Assembly (NCBI GenBank): GCA_021827925.1
Contig: JAKATZ010000024.1
Coordinates: 4,726-68,725 of the forward strand
Origin: Candidatus Micrarchaeota archaeon
GTDB taxonomy: Archaea; Micrarchaeota; Micrarchaeia; Micrarchaeales; CABMGC01
DNA length: 64,000 nt
Direction: 5' to 3'
In this document: positions 63,058 to 64,000 of the stretch, in pieces
Layout of the letters: the number at the start of each line of letters is the position of its first letter
Numbering within the stretch: the first letter of the stretch is position 1
The notes under the pieces: generated by a model
What the model was told of the DNA's origin: nothing
The model's database searches: none
The model's input: the letters and a program-made list of their open reading frames with translations, nothing else
Program-made: the position numbers and the translations under genes

Positions 63058-63549
63058 TTGGAAGTATCTGACCCAATCGCGAGCAATGCTCAGTTAAGCC
63101 AGCAGGGGAGTGCGCCAGACGGTGAGAAGAAACTTGAGGCGATGGTAAGATCGCTGGCAGTACTGATGGCGAAAATCTCGCTGAGGGAGACAAGTAGGGC
63201 ATTCGAGGATGGAGGGGTCAAGGATTATCAAGACAGGATAGTACCGTACCTCGCTGCTGTGGACATGCTAGCCTTCACAGGCAGGGACATAGATTCTGAG
63301 GGCATAATAAAGCTGGTAAGATCCATAGGAATAATACCTGAAAGCAATATGGTGGATAAGGTCATAGCGCTTAGATTCAAGAACAGCCTCGTTTATGCCT
63401 CTGCGGTGTACTTCCTTGTTTCGGCAGGCAAGGAGCCCACGGTCGACATGATACTGCTCGTGATAAGGGCACTTGATATGCACCCTGATTCAAGCCTTGC
63501 AGGGTACGCAATAACCCTCTACAGGCTTTATAAGGATGCGAGCTTGTAG
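63058..63549 (+). CDS. P1(N-terminal domain)-like double-repeat protein, paralog of 54424..55380
   Basis: 163 aa with a TTG start. YLAAVDMLAFTGRDIDSEGIIKLVRSIGIIPESNMVDKVIALRF and YASAVYFLVSAGKEPTVDMILLVIRALDMHPD repeat the unit seen at 54424..55380. A TATA-like aatttataaatgg lies around 63001..63013. Confidence 0.55.
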   Translation: MEVSDPIASNAQLSQQGSAPDGEKKLEAMVRSLAVLMAKISLRETSRAFEDGGVKDYQDRIVPYLAAVDMLAFTGRDIDSEGIIKLVRSIGIIPESNMVDKVIALRFKNSLVYASAVYFLVSAGKEPTVDMILLVIRALDMHPDSSLAGYAITLYRLYKDASL

Positions 63550-63648
63550 CGGAATCGTATGGATAGATATGGCGTGAATACGCCCGGATACGGGGCGCTG
63601 CCCAATAATTTTAAACGATGCGGTGCATTGTAGAGTAAGTTGATTCGC

Positions 63649-64000
63649 ATGGAGGACTCATTGAAATTGGACATGGAAAGCACCGCGCTTGTTGTAATAG
63701 ACCTGCAGAAGGGCATAGTAAGAATGCCCGTTGCGCCGAATGACGCTAAGACAGTAATAGCAAATGCTGCGGCTCTTGCAGGCGCATTCAGGAAACGGGG
63801 GATGCAGGTATTCCTTGTCAGGGTTATGCTTAATGAAAAGGAGCGGCTCGAGCCAGTGGCAGATCAGCAGTCTAGCCTCGGAGATCTTCCGAAAGACTGG
63901 TCGGAGATAGTGCCGGAACTCGGCCCAGAGGAGGGAGATGTTGTAATAACGAAGAAACAATGGGGTGCCTTCTACGGTACCGAACTGGGCCTGCAGCTCA
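63649..64000 (+). CDS. Isochorismatase-family cysteine hydrolase (partial, runs off the window)
   Basis: It is absent from the ORF track because there is no stop in the window. I translated it by eye: MEDSLKLDMESTALVVIDLQKGIV...GMQVFLVRV...VVITKKQWGAFYGTELGLQL. An in-frame stop lies at 63631. Confidence 0.7.
   Translation, partial: MEDSLKLDMESTALVVIDLQKGIVRMPVAPNDAKTVIANAAALAGAFRKRGMQVFLVRVMLNEKERLEPVADQQSSLGDLPKDWSEIVPELGPEEGDVVITKKQWGAFYGTELGLQL

Noticed and set aside
1-64000. CRISPR arrays, rRNA genes, IS elements and transposases
   Set aside because: I scanned for regularly spaced direct repeats, rRNA-like conserved strings and transposase-like ORFs and saw none. The only notable nucleotide-level repeats are the KaiC-like gene copies.

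Overview
The window reads as an archaeal chromosomal segment. Markers are Topo VI subunit B, Hel308, SepF, archaeal-type PPAT, a presenilin/SPP homologue, a KH/Dim2-like protein and an intron-containing tRNA. I call about 65 protein-coding genes and 2 tRNAs: Thr-UGU with an intron, and Gly-GCC with encoded CCA. I found no rRNA, CRISPR array, transposase or integrase by eye. G1 glutamic peptidases, SOD and a VKOR/DUF929 disulfide module suggest an acidophilic Thermoplasmata- or DPANN/Micrarchaeota-like organism, but that is inference only. Housekeeping genes include hel308, speH, pyrE/pyrF, coaD, top6B, sodA, sua5 and a recJ-like gene. Transport genes include an SSS symporter with its DUF3311 partner, an ABC-2 pair, an MFS transporter and an RCK K+ channel. 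The main finding is a roughly 17 kb co-directional minus-strand operon at about 23765..40687, with genes translationally coupled by 4-nt overlaps or abutting stop/start codons. Its only recognisable enzyme is a DUF87/HerA-VirB4-class ATPase. The ATPase follows six tandem paralogous polytopic membrane proteins that share a conserved R-x5-R-x2-GG-x-LIA...P motif. The operon also holds two bitopic 2-TM proteins, a TM plus Arg-rich protein, a Zn-ribbon membrane protein, a coiled-coil/wHTH protein and a large sequon-rich bitopic protein. It contains no pilin, prepilin peptidase, relaxase or integrase. I read it as a candidate undescribed envelope translocation or cell-contact apparatus. A second unusual locus lies at 53695..57654 and 61439..63549. 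It combines three KaiC/ArlH-like ATPases (two related by patchy gene conversion), an orphan divergent FlaI/VirB11-like ATPase and two proteins built from repeats resembling the N-terminal domain of ribosomal stalk protein P1. All calls rest on motif recognition by eye and the supplied ORF track. No database search or computation was run, and start codons are often uncertain.
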